The position numbers and the translations under genes are program-made. A DNA stretch of 46,270 nucleotides from Octopus bimaculoides. Its lineage: Eukaryota. How positions within the stretch are numbered: the first letter of the stretch is position 1; each line of letters begins with the position of its first letter. The notes under the pieces are model-generated. The model saw nothing but the letters and a program-made list of their open reading frames with translations, made no database searches and was not told where the DNA came from. Shown here piece after piece: positions 34,451 through 45,827 of the stretch. The DNA lies in the NCBI RefSeq assembly GCF_001194135.2, contig NC_068996.1:52351850-52398119 (forward strand). Reading direction: 5' to 3'.

Positions 34451-34807
34451 TAAGGCAATGCTAAATGTTCATTTTCCCCCACTTTTTGTGTTTTCATGTT
34501 ATTATGTTTTTTTCTCTGTTGTTGGAATGTTTTGTTGTGTCCTGTGTTTATATTCAGTGTGCTGTTTTCAAAATGAAAGCATTGTGCATGTAAATGAATA
34601 AGAAAATATTTGTCAAAGCAATCCTGCTTTGTTTTAGTTTTGTCCACCCTTGGGAACTGAGAGCTGGCTTCCCTCAATCATAATTATTTTTATCAAGTAT
34701 TCCAAAGAAAATTATATTTTCATAATACTAAAACTTAGTCTTTCTTTGAATCAAAATGAATATGTATGCTTTGAGAACCAATCATAATGATAATAATCTT
34801 TTCTACT

Positions 34808-34997
34808 ATAAGCACAAGGCCTGAAATTTGGGGCAGGGTGCTAGTCATATACATTGATCCCAGTACTCAACTGGGACTTATTTTATCAACCCCGAAAGGA
34901 TTAAAGGCACAGTTGACCTTAGTGGAATTTGAACCCAGGATGTAAAGATAGAAGAAATGTCACTAAGCATTTTGTCTGGTGTGCTAATGATTCTGCC

Positions 34998-35048
<51 letters not shown>

Positions 35049-35400
35049 CAACAACAATAGCAACAATAGGCACAGGACTAGTAATTTTGAATTAGTCAGT
35101 ACAATCAACCCCAGGGTTTGATTGTTACTTTATTTTGATTGACTCTGAAAGTATGAATGGCAAAGTTGATGTCTGAACTTAAAGGACTTTTACCAAATAT
35201 CACAAAGCATTTGTCATAGTGTCTAATGATTCCATCAATCCACAACCTTCAGTAATGGTTTCTTGCCTAGGCAGAAGGTTAGAAATTCTAAGAGAAGGGA
35301 CAGCTGATTATATTACCCCCAGTACTTGGCTTTTGACCACGTCCTTAACGGCAAAGTAGACATTGATGGGATATGAACACAAAATGTAAAAAAAGAAAAA
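34808..35400 (-). mobile_element. Two to three tandem family C SINE copies separated by (AAT)n(AAC)n
   Basis: aaggcctgaaattt...ctgccagttaataataat (34808-35001), a second copy at about 35062-35240 and a partial third. Confidence 0.7.
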
Positions 35401-36859
35401 CATAAATAAATGCCATACAACAGGGATTAGGGAAACAAAGGATAAACACTTCATCATTGGCACAGGAGAGAGAAGGGGCATCATGTTACACTGCAAAAGG
35501 AAGGAGGAGGAAGTCTTTTGCTTGTGGAGACTGTCCCTTATTCACTCGTCATTCTCTTCTCAGCTGCCATTCATTGGTGACACCTGTTGCTGGCAAAAGA
35601 CAGGAGTTCCCTCTGTTCCCGCATCTCTTCACCTGCTATTTCAGTTCATATCACTACGCATATGTACATACACGCACTAATACATCTGCCTCTTGTACAC
35701 ATACCAAGGATTGCAGCCATGACGTTCAGAGTTCAGTCTGAATCCTATCATGGTTGAGCTCTATGTCTTACCTCTGTACTTCACCACTTTCTATTTACAC
35801 AACTTTTCAACCGTGTGAACCTAGAGATAGATTGATTCCAGTCTACCGTCTAAAAGGAAATCTGCTACACAAGCTGACCATTTTTGCATTCACTCATTGC
35901 CCTCACAACTGGCATTCATTGACACAAAAAAAGTCCCCCTCCATACACAGTTGACATCACATCTGTCCCCTACCTCACTTGCTGTTTCAACTTGTATCAT
36001 TACATGCCCCTTTCATCTGAAGATCACTTCATACACCTACTCACCTGTTCACTACCCACATGCATACATGCCAAGAAAATCTATAAACAACTGAACAACA
36101 ATAACAGAAATTTCCATGTACACCCACCTCCCTAATTATTTCTATCTGGGTACACTGAAAAGAATCTACCCTAGTCACTCAGCCTCATCAAGTCATAATT
36201 CTTCTCCTTCAAAGCAGATAGCATTCTTCTGTGGCCTCCATTGAATTGTGGAGCTTCCACTGAATTATGTGACCTCCACTGAATTGGACTCATCTCCATC
36301 CATCATCATTACTAACTTTATCATCTAATGTGCTAATCGTGCTACAGATATCCAATGTAACGTGATATCCTGTCAATAGAAATGTAATTCTGGGAATTAA
36401 CATCAGTCACCCTTTCTGTTCCCCCACTGGGATGTACAACAGACTTTAGGTAGTTTCACCCAAATCACATCTATAATCTGAACAGAAGCAAGTCTTTCCT
36501 GTTCTCCAATACTTGCTGGTACTAAGCTTGGATGTATCCTCTCATATAAGATCATGTCTCACTAGAGTACCAACTCACCCACCTAGCTTGACATGTGGTA
36601 CAAGAACTCTGCCTCCATTGGGGTGATACACCCTCTTTCAGCTATAGCTTTGATTGCTCTCATAAAGAGCAAAAATGTAGGAAAGCATTGACCTGTATAT
36701 TTCAAAACAGACTTGTAAATGGTTTATGTAGAACCATCATCTTTAACTCTATAATAATGAGGCTAACATTCAAACAGAAAAGTGTTGTCATTCCTAGCTT
36801 AAAAAATAAAATTAAAATATGGTTCTGACAGATAGAAATGACAGTATTTCTGACTCTTG

Positions 36860-37130
36860 CAGTTTCTCAGTGACTGAGGACATTGATGGGGTTGATATTC
36901 AGTTTGAAAATTTGGAAGTCAACATCTGCTGAAACAAATGTAAACAACTGATATTCCAGGGAAGAAGGTGTTTGGTATGCTTGGGCAGAGTTGGTATGCA
37001 AGGAACAGAGGACATTGTAGAAATGAAAGAAAAGGCAATGCCACATCAATGAGCTAGAGACTGAAGTGTTTAAGTGAGTGATTCCATGCAAGTCAGTTTA
37101 GTGTCTTTCTTTTGGATGCCATCTTGGACA
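36860..37130 (-). mobile_element. Decayed CR1/Jockey-type LINE 3' end
   Basis: ORF 36867-37091 (-) HCLFFHFYNVLCS...DFQIFKLNIN resembles the SLFYRYY.G.CS...NLQ.FK..IN terminus of CR1-like ORF2. Confidence 0.45.
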
Positions 37131-37840
37131 TTTATGTATGTTGCTGTAACAGAATCACATATGTGGGAGAAGTATTAGAGAAGTCAGCTGAGCTTCGTAG
37201 AGAACCAGCAAAATGTTTTGTCTTTGTGATACAGTTTTAGTTATGTTAGAAATATGAGATTAGAATGAGAGATGATAGGATTTGTGCATTGTAGCAATTT
37301 TGAGAGATTTTATTGTATGTTATCCAAGATTTGAGGGGATAAGATACAGAAATGTTTCCCTGAAATGTGCAGCGATTGTGTATTTGTGTTGGGGAATGCT
37401 TTTTGATAATTTATAAGTGAAGAGCACACCACACAAAATAAGCTTTGTTATATTACTGGTACTTTTGATTTGGAAGCAGTGGTGTGAAGTGTTGAGATTG
37501 CTTGCAGGAAATGTCTATGTGCGAAAGGTTAGAAAATATTTGCAAAGGTGTTAGAGGCGACAAAATGGTGTTCTCTGATGATTGGTTGTAAGTTTGCAGA
37601 ACTACCAGAAGCGTTGGTGTTCTGACATAGACTGAAGATAGGAGTATCAACAGTGTTGATGGTTGTGGTGGGTCTACGAAAGGATCAGCAGATGGGGTAA
37701 GGAACCTTGGAAAAATTAGAGAACAAGTTGAGAGTTTAACAGAAGTATATAGGTATTAATGAAAAATTTGTGGAAGAATAGAAATCACAGAGGGAGAGAG
37801 AGATAGGTAACATGCAGTAGAATTCACTTATTGGTAAAGT

Positions 37841-38245
37841 AGAGCACTGGAGTGGCTGTGTGGTAAGAAGCTTGCTTCCCAACCACATGGTTCCAGGTTC
37901 AGTTCCAGTGCATGGCACCTTGGGCAAGTGTCTTCTACTATAGCCTCGGGCTGACCGAAGCCTTATGGGTGGATTTGGTAGATGGAAACTGTAAAAAGCC
38001 CGTTGAATATATATATATGTATGTATTTGTGTGTCTGTTTGTTCCCCACCATTGCTTGACAACTGATGTTGGTGTGTTTACGTCCCCATAACTTAGCGGT
38101 TCAGCAAAAATGACCGATAGAATAAGTACTAGGCTTACAAAGAATAAGTCCTGGGGCCAATTTTTTCGACTAAAGGCAGTGCTCTAGCATAGCTGCAGTT
38201 AAATGACTGAAACAAGTAAAAGAGTAAAAGAATAAAAGAATAATG
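37841..38245 (+). mobile_element. Near full-length SINE family B
   Basis: A box tggctgtgtggt, B box ggttcagttcc, CORE-like ccttgggcaagtgtcttc, internal (TA/TG)n, tail aaatgactgaaacaagtaaaagagtaaaagaataaaagaataa. Confidence 0.9.
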
Positions 38246-38327
38246 AGATACCATTAATATGTATTTCAATTCAGTTTAGAGTGAGAGATGAAGTTAAAGA
38301 CTTTATGTATTTGGCTAACTTCTTTCA

Positions 38328-38800
38328 CCCTTTTTATACCAACCTGGCTGAAACCACCTCTGGCTCTGTAGTACAAATGTCTTGTTTTCAAAAGCTCTGA
38401 ATTAAAATCTTCCACCAAACCTTAGTCACAATTTATGTTCCTAACACTAGCTTAATGATAACTAAGTTATTTTACTAAATTCTTTGTTATATTTAAATTA
38501 ATTGAAAGAAACACAGAGCATCTCAACAGAAATATGGTAAGAAAAGGGTTAAAATATATAATAAAGAAACAATTCTTAACCCTTTCGTTTCCAACCCAGC
38601 TGAAACCACCTCTGGCTCTGTAGTACAAATGTTTTGTTTTCATAAGTTCTGAATTAAAATCTTTCACTAAACCTTAGTCACAATTTATGTTCCTAACACT
38701 AGCTGAATGATAACTAAGTTATTTTACTAAATTCTTTGTTATATTTAAAATTATTGAAAGAAACACAGAGCATCTCAACAGAAATATAGTAACAAAAGAG
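38328..38800. mobile_element. Two tandem 221-bp piggyBac-like MITEs (family P2): 38328-38548 and 38580-38800
   Basis: TTCA-CCCTTTT...GGTAAGAAAAGGG-TTAA and TTAA-CCCTTTCG...AGTAACAAAAGAG-TCAA. Same length and collinear interiors. Confidence 0.8.
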
Positions 38801-38926
38801 TCAAGTAACAAATGTAAACAGAAAGTAGGTCATCCCATATTTGTTATTTAGTATGGGATGAAATGGGTAGTAGTTGAGGGAATGGTTTAGGTGAGCTACA
38901 TATATTTTGTAGAGATAATTCTAGAC

Positions 38927-39404
38927 CAGTGGTTCTCAACCATTTTTTTGCCTATGGACCGCTTTGATTCCTATTTTATTTTCCCGGACCTTTAGAGCCA
39001 TTCAATGCATATAAAAGATATCTGCATTTCTGTAATTAAATACTCTCTTTTCACTCTTTTACTTGTTTCAGTCATTTGACTGTGGCCATGCTGGAGCACC
39101 GCCTTTAGTCGAGCAAATCGATCCCAGGACTTATTCTTTGTAAGCCTAGTACTTATTCTATCGGTTTCTTTTGCTGAACTGCTAAGTTAGGGGGACGTAA
39201 ACACACCAGCATCAGTTGTCAAGTGATGGTGGGGGGACAAACACAGACACACAAACATATACACACACATATATATATATACATATATACAACATTAGGA
39301 ATTGTATAGAATTGTTCAAATATTTTGTGTATTGTTGAAATAAAACTTATTTTACATAAATTTTAACAACAAAATCTTATCTGAATCCTGATTGAGAACT
39401 GCTG
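38927..39404. mobile_element. hAT (Charlie-like) MITE containing a family B SINE tail (39050-39290, -)
   Basis: CAGTGGTTCTCAACC ... ATTGAGAACTGCTG. Flanks TTCTAGAC / TTCTTGAT form a degenerate 8-bp TSD. Confidence 0.65.
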
Positions 39405-39734
39405 TTCTTGATCATTAATTAAGTATTCCATTGTTACTTATTACCAAAATAAACAACTGAAATCAGTTTGCTTTAATTACATCACAACATCCACATTTCA
39501 TTTTCCCTAAAATTTTCAATCATTTTGATTCGTAATGACTGAAATCTTCTCATATACATATTGTTGCAAATCAGTATACGCATATATACAGATTTTTAAA
39601 CCACTCTGACATTCTAACCAAACTAGTTGGTGTTCCTGTCCTGCTGGATGAAGTCATGTTCTGGTAGAAAGCAACACAGATGCCTTACGAGATTCTCAAA
39701 CAAAATTTTTAAAATCCATTAGGTACAACATCAC

Positions 39735-39960
39735 TCATCATCATCATCATCATCATCATTTAACTTTCCTTTTTCTATGCTGGCAAGGGTTGGACAGTTC
39801 AACATGAACAGACAAGCCAGGGAGCTGTGCCAAATTCTAATGTATATTTTGGCATGGTTTCTACAGTTGTTTACTCTTCCCCATACCAACCACTTTACAA
39901 AGTGCACAGTGTTTTTTTATATGGCACCTGTGAGATCAACAAGTGCTCACAAGAGAAGGC
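39735..39960 (-). mobile_element. Old family A RTE 3' end
   Basis: (CAT)n-ttaactttcc..ctatgctggcaaggg ... cccataccaaccactttacaaagtg. Confidence 0.65.
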
Positions 39961-40278
39961 GCCTCAATTGAGTGGGGTTATAGAATGAAGGGATAAGAAA
40001 CAAGGATAGAGGGACAAGGTGCAGGTGTATTGCTGAAGAGAGAGAGAGAGAGAGAGAGAGAGGCAATGTGAGGTCAATGTAGAAGAGGAATATGAGAGAC
40101 AGAAAAGGGGAGAGGAGCAGAAAAAGTGGACTAGATTGAGAATAATGTTAGAGATAATCAGAAAGTTAATGAGTGTAATAGCATGCAATCACAGACAAAA
40201 TACCGTAATGCCATACATCAATGTCTTTACTTTCCATATTTTGATGTGGAAATCTCTTCTTTTATTCTATTTTTGCAG

Positions 40279-40492
40279 GTTGTTCAACAAGAAGACTTTG
40301 TGGAAAATTGCAAAGCTCTGATTTTTAATAGTTCTGTGATATTGTTTTATATTTGTTCAAGTTGGCACAAGGAAAAGATGAATGAGTCTCAGAGAGAACA
40401 ATTACTGAAAGCTTCTCTTCAGAAAGAGCTCTCGGCTCATTACCAACCAGACATTTTTGTAGACACCAATTCATTTCCAATAACCTATCATG
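40279..40492 (+). CDS. AASDH: AASDH exon h, C-terminal subdomain ...LQKELSAHYQPDIFVDTNSFPITYH(G)
   Basis: tttttgcag|GTT ... CATG|gtatgg, 214 nt. Lies within ORF 40183-40530. Leads into the A10 motif. Confidence 0.9.
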
Positions 40493-40675
40493 GTATGGCC
40501 CTTTTTTGTTTGTTATTTCTTACTTTGTGAACACCAAACTTGCTATCATCAATCAACCACTGATCACCTGATGGTTTGGTGGGGGTGAGGGTGCAGAAAG
40601 GAAATGGCATTTTGTCATATTTGAAAAAAAGAAAAACAATATAACAGTTGGGAAATATTTTTATCACTGATTTTA

Positions 40676-40905
40676 TTACCACTACCACCACAATCACCAT
40701 GACTACCACTGCCACCACCACCCATTACCACCACTACCATCACCACCACCACTACCACTACCACCACTGTCACCAGCCACAATAAATGAAATCTCTTAAG
40801 CCACTCTCCCATCATTATCATTATCATTTAGAACACTAACACTATCACATCCTGTTTCCTACTAACCATCATCATCATCATTATCATCATCATCACCATC
40901 AACAA
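40676..40905. repeat. (ACC/ACT)n and (CAT)n low-complexity tracts
   Basis: Direct reading of the sequence. Confidence 0.85.
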
Positions 40906-41469
40906 TGTTTCTAACATTTAAAAAAATAAATGCCAACCCACACATTCTTAAAAACTGTTGTTGTTATTTCTGTTCTAAATATTGACCTCCAGATATTTTT
41001 TTTTTCTAAAGCTTGTCAAACTGCAAACATTCACTCTTATACATCACTGTTATCTCAGACGCTTCTAGCATTTGGTGACAACAATATTGCTACCTGAAAT
41101 CTTTTCAATTTTTGTCAGTGTTTGTCTTTATAATATAATAAACCACGACTGGAAAAGTCTACCTCGGTAGGCACTTTCATTGCCTTCTGTTATTCTAAGG
41201 AGATTAACCCTAACTTACTTAGAATATTTTTCTATTTTCTTCATATCTCGAATATTTGGAAAGGTATTTTCTTAATGCTTAACAATAAATTGTTTCTTTA
41301 ATATTTAACATTCCTTCACACATCAGTGGCTGTCTTTTATAATTCTAACCATTATTTATAACAAAGAAAATAAATTTTTCAATTCTTCTTATGTAGATAA
41401 TTGAGAAATTAAAGAACATTTCTATAATACACAGACTAACCATTTACAGTAATATATGGTCAAGCCCTC

Positions 41470-42080
41470 AGTCAAGGGAATGCCCCTCGTCTTTCCAGGG
41501 TCATCTCCCCCTTGACCCAGATCTTAGTTGCTGTTCTAAACCCTTAATGCAGTAGTAACATTGACCCTGAAGCTCTGCAGGTAAAGAAGGTGGCATGATA
41601 TAGTTCTTATTGTTCTTAAGCCTTAGGTTTATCAGAGATGATAGGTTCTTGGTTTGCTTCACCTATTGCTCCTCCTCTTCATTTTCTATTCATCGTCAAT
41701 TTTCTCATTGAAGATGAACATGAGCATGATGGGTTTCTCAGGGGCCATGAGCTTGTTCAGCAAGCACTTCAGCCATATCACATACTTGTCCCAAGATTTG
41801 CCGTATATGAACTGCCCTCCCTTTATCATATAACACTTATTCATAACATCCTCAAACACCACATGTCTGATAGTGAATTCCACCACCCAGAGCTGCTCAG
41901 CAGTGATCCTTAATTAACCCAATGAAGTTGTCATTGATTATATTCTAAACTTTGTTGTTGGATGGACTCAGTCATCTCGATGATGAATATCTGCTAAAAC
42001 TGTTTTTTTTCTCTTGGCTACGGACAACACATTCCTACTAGTACCCTGAACATGAAAAACCTGACCACGTTCATGAAGTT
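41470..42080 (-). pseudogene. Decayed Tc1/mariner (maT/DD37D-like) transposase
   Basis: VVEFTIRHVVFEDVMNKCYMIKGGQF...KCLLNKLMAPEKPIMLMFIFNEK..., then IMPP..F..SFRVN, collinear with the TIRRVVHEDL...GQF...RLLNKLKHP...FFSDEK...VMPPHFF..GLRVN pattern I recall for this group. Stops and frameshifts present. Confidence 0.65.
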
Positions 42081-42169
42081 GGTAAGCTTCAAGTCACTAT
42101 GCATGGTGGCTAGAGAGAGTGATATGCGTGTTTGTCTTTTTTGCAGTTTGTCAATGTATTACACTTGGG

Positions 42170-42560
42170 CCAGTGAAGGCACAATGGCCCAATGGTTAGA
42201 GCAGCAGACTCGCGGTCATAGGATCACGGTTTCAATTCCCAGACCGGGTGTTGTGAGTGTTTATTGAACGAAAACACCTAAAGCTCCACGAGGCTCCGGC
42301 AGGGGATGGTGGCGAACCCTGCTGTACTCTTCCACCACAACTTTCTCTCACTCTTTCTTCCTGTTTCTGTTGTGCCTGTAATTCAAAGGGGCCAGCCTTG
42401 TCACACTGTGTCACGCTGAATATCCCCGAGAACTACGTTAAGGGTACACGTGTCTGTGGAGTGCTCAGCCACTTGCACGTTAATTTCACGAGCAGGCTGT
42501 TCCGTTGATCGGATCGACTGGAACCCTCGACATCGTAAGCGATGGAATGCCAACATCATC
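42170..42560 (+). mobile_element. Young tRNA-derived SINE, third family (E), with 9-bp TSD
   Basis: A box tggcccaatgg, B box ggtttcaattcc, CpG-rich, tail ggaatgccaacatcatc. ACACTTGGG at 42161-42169 and 42561-42569. Confidence 0.85.
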
Positions 42561-43194
42561 ACACTTGGGTCTCCTTGTTACATCTAGCTCTGGAGTATCT
42601 TTTTATCACACTACATTTATAAAAGGATCTTCTCCAAAACAACAGCTGCAGCCTCTGGCTTTTCAATGATACATATACATTAAGTATGCCATATAATAGA
42701 TAAAGATTTTATTCAATGCTATTTCTATTGCATAATTCAGATTTTATTCAGCTTAGCAGCCTCTTTGCAAAACCAGTGAATTGTTTATTCACTGTTTCTG
42801 TTTACTTCAGACTGGCTGAAGTGACTTCATCTCAGAGGGGACTCAAGTGTGTGGCATTGAATAGCTTCGAAAAGGATGAAATGCACATGTCATTTTCATG
42901 GTGGCTTCTGGGACAATTTCATTTTGTCTAATCTGAAGTATGTTGTGTTTTTTTAACATACTGCATCTATAAAGAGATCTTTCCCAAGATGACCACTGCA
43001 GCTTCTAACTTTTCAACGATATACATATAATAGGTACGTCATATGTATAAAGAAAATGAGAAGGATATGTTTCAATAAAGTTTGAAATCATAGCCATATT
43101 ATCAATAATCCATTATCTTAATATTATTCCTAGTTTTTCATTGTCACATTTAATCTAATTTATTCAAATTTAGAAATTATAATATTTATGTAAA

Positions 43195-43420
43195 CTTGAG
43201 GCAATGAGCCAGCAAAATCATTTGAACACTGGGTAAAGTGCTTAGAGGCATTTTGTCTGTCTTTATGTTCTGAGTTCAAATTCCACCATGATTGACTTTG
43301 CCTTTCATCCTCTTGGGGTTGATAAAATGAAATAAGTACCAGTTGAGCACTGGGATTGATGTAATTGACTTACCTCCTCTCTCAAACTTGTTAGTCTGGT
43401 GCCAAAATTTGAAACCAATA
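43195..43420 (+). mobile_element. SINE family C, old copy
   Basis: ggcaatgagccagcaaaa ... gagttcaaattccacc ... ctggtgccaaaatttgaaac. Confidence 0.75.
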
Positions 43421-43605
43421 TGTACAAATCTCAAAATTCTCAATAGTTCCTTAAAATATCTTTATTATTAATTTTTTTGATATATTTCCAACAAAATTGA
43501 ATTGTCCAACATGTTTCCACACATCTATATGAACATTACTTGACTTTGTTTAATTCATACATTATTTTCTCGTTAATTTAATCATTATTACAATACTTAT
43601 TACAG

Positions 43606-43697
43606 GGAAATTAAATATTCCAGTTCTTTATGATATGATGAGAGACAGCAGTAGGAAACAACAACCAGTAGAAAAAATTGTTGAACAATGTTGGAAG
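43606..43697 (+). CDS. AASDH: AASDH exon i: (G)KLNIPVLYDMMRDSSRKQQPVEKIVEQCWK, containing the A10 catalytic Lys
   Basis: cttattacag|GG AAA ... TGG AAG|gtattt, 92 nt. Completes P-x-T-x-HGK across the intron and ends in WK, as I recall for the human exon. Confidence 0.85.
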
Positions 43698-43899
43698 GTA
43701 TTTCATTTAAATAAAAATTTGATAGATAAAAACTTTTAAGCATTTTCATTTATCTGAAGATAATCTATATCTTTGCTGATAACATTCTTTGCTTTTATAT
43801 AATCTTGATATATACACATCTGTGAGTATAATAGAAGCAGTAGTGAGCTCAAATATATAACCTTTCTCTATTTAGTTTTATGTATATTCTGCCATTCAT

Positions 43900-44170
43900 T
43901 TTCTCCCCATCATCATCCTCATCATCATTTAATGTCCATCTTCCATGCTGGCATAGATTTACTGGAGCTGGCAAAGCCAGGAGTCATATCAGGTTCCATA
44001 GTCGTTTTTGGCATGGTTTCTTCAGCTGGATACCCCACCTAACACCAATCACTTTACCGTGTGTACTGGGTGCTTTTTACATGGTACCTCACCAGTGCTT
44101 TTTATGCGGTGCTAGCATCAGTACTTTTTACATAGTACCAGTGCTTTTATGTGACACCATCATCAATGCT
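43900..44170 (-). mobile_element. Old family A RTE 3' end
   Basis: (CAT)n-ttaatgtccatcttccatgctggcat ... cagctggataccccacctaacaccaatcac. Confidence 0.7.
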
Positions 44171-44410
44171 TATGTGTCACCATTCATTTATCCATCTTCT
44201 TTGTCCACTATTCCTGGCAGGGTCCTTGGGCCCCTCCTCAATAGGGTCCGGTTAGAAGCAGCTGTCATTACATTTTCAAGCTGGATTTCTAATGACCAAC
44301 TGAGACTATGGATATTATCTGACCGTCTCATTCTTGGTCTACTCTCAGGTCACCTGCTGATTGGTTTGGCTTGAAGAATCTCTCCAGCTTTTCTTTCCTG
44401 TGATATTCTA

Positions 44411-45827
44411 ATCACATGTCTGCATTACTGGAGCTGTGACCTTTCAATGCAGAGAAGTGGCTGCTCAGCCTAAAGAAACAGCCTGATCTCTGCGCGATCT
44501 TTAAATTAATTTACTTATATTTAATTAACGATGTCTCTCCTGTATAATTTTATGGTCTTGTTGTGAAATTATCAGGATTTATCTATTTGTATGTGATCCA
44601 CCATGTACATTTTCATTTGCTTCATCTTATTTTGTGAACAATTACATTAATAGTTATAGCTTTCCAGTAGACCAGTCATTGGTTCACTGAGACATTGCAC
44701 ATTTGGATGAGTGAAGTCAGTGTGAATATACGACAGAGTGTAAGTGATTTGAGACAAAAAATGGGTGTACAAGGCATCAGATGTAGTGTGTAAGAGAGCA
44801 GACTGTGCTGGTATAGCCGTGTTATGCATATGAATGAGGACAGCTGCATCAAGAGGTGCTGATTTCTAATTGTAGAGGTAACACATGAAAAGGTAGACCT
44901 AGGAAGATGTGAGACAAAGTGGTGACAAAGGATCTTCAGACACTGGACCTCACAGAAGGGATGACAAGGTACCGTGACTCCAAGCAGTTTGCTGTTCGTT
45001 AGAAGACATGTCAAGCTAATTAAAAGCATGGTTGTCCTTGCATACAGGCTTGTCCCCTGCATCCCTCTCCTGCCGAGCATTCCTAATCTTGTGGGTTCAT
45101 GGATGCTGGTGCCAAGTAAAAAGCACTTATACCAGTGCCACTTAAATGCACCCATGCTGGTGCTGTATAGAAGCACCCAGTTAAGTGGGTGGCATTAGGA
45201 AGGGCAGCCAGACATGGAGTCCAGGCAGCTCTTCAGCTGGCCAGCTCCTGTCAAACAATCCAACCCATGCCAGCATGTAAAGTGAATGTTTGATGATAAT
45301 GATAATGATGATGATGATGATGGTGATAATGATGATGATGATGCAGAAAGAGATGGTGAGGGAGAGAAAGAGAGAGAGAGAGCGATATATTTATCTGTAT
45401 ATCTTCAGCTAATGTATCAGTGAATGATTGCAAAACATCAGTGAAGAAACAAAAAACATGTGGTTCAATCCAAGTCCCTTGTGATATTTTTTTTTTGCAC
45501 CGAGTTATGTACAAACCCTTGTCATTCTTACCTTCATAAAATGCAATGGTCCAGTGAACCAGTTACTGGTCTGCTGGAAAGCTACAACTATTAATGCTAT
45601 TGTTGAGAAAATAAGATGAAGCAAATGAAAATGTAAATGGTGGGTCACATACAAATGAATAAATGCTGATAACACAAGACCAATTATGCAGGAGTGACAT
45701 TGTTTATTAAATATGTCAACTAATTTTAAGATAGCTCAGAGATCAGGGAGTCTCTCTAGGCTGAGCTGCCACTTCTCTGCATTGAAAGGTCACAGCTGCA
45801 GTAATGCTGATACTGTAAGCATGTGAT
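44411..45827. repeat. Long inverted repeat: arms 44411-44699 and 45542-45827 (about 290 bp each)
   Basis: Reverse complement aligns along the whole arm, with shared blocks such as gctgtgacctttcaatgcagagaagtgg and acattttcatttgcttcatcttatttt. Roughly 80% identical by eye. Confidence 0.9.
44700..45345 (+). mobile_element. Decayed family A RTE 3' fragment with (GAT)n tail, between the inverted arms
   Basis: WMSEVSVNIRQSVSDLRQK..RLCWYS.VMHMNEDSCIKRC, then ttaggaagggcagccag ... catgccagcatg..(GAT)n. Confidence 0.8.

Noticed and set aside
37841-37925. tRNA gene (also 14311, 25548, 42170)
   Set aside because: Only A/B boxes are present, with no complete cloverleaf, and each continues into a SINE body.
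42811-42900. Cryptic 90-nt exon (ttacttcag|...|gtggct)
   Set aside because: Open only in phase 2 while the host intron is phase 1 (TGA in frame), and the donor is weak. At most a poison exon; no evidence for it.
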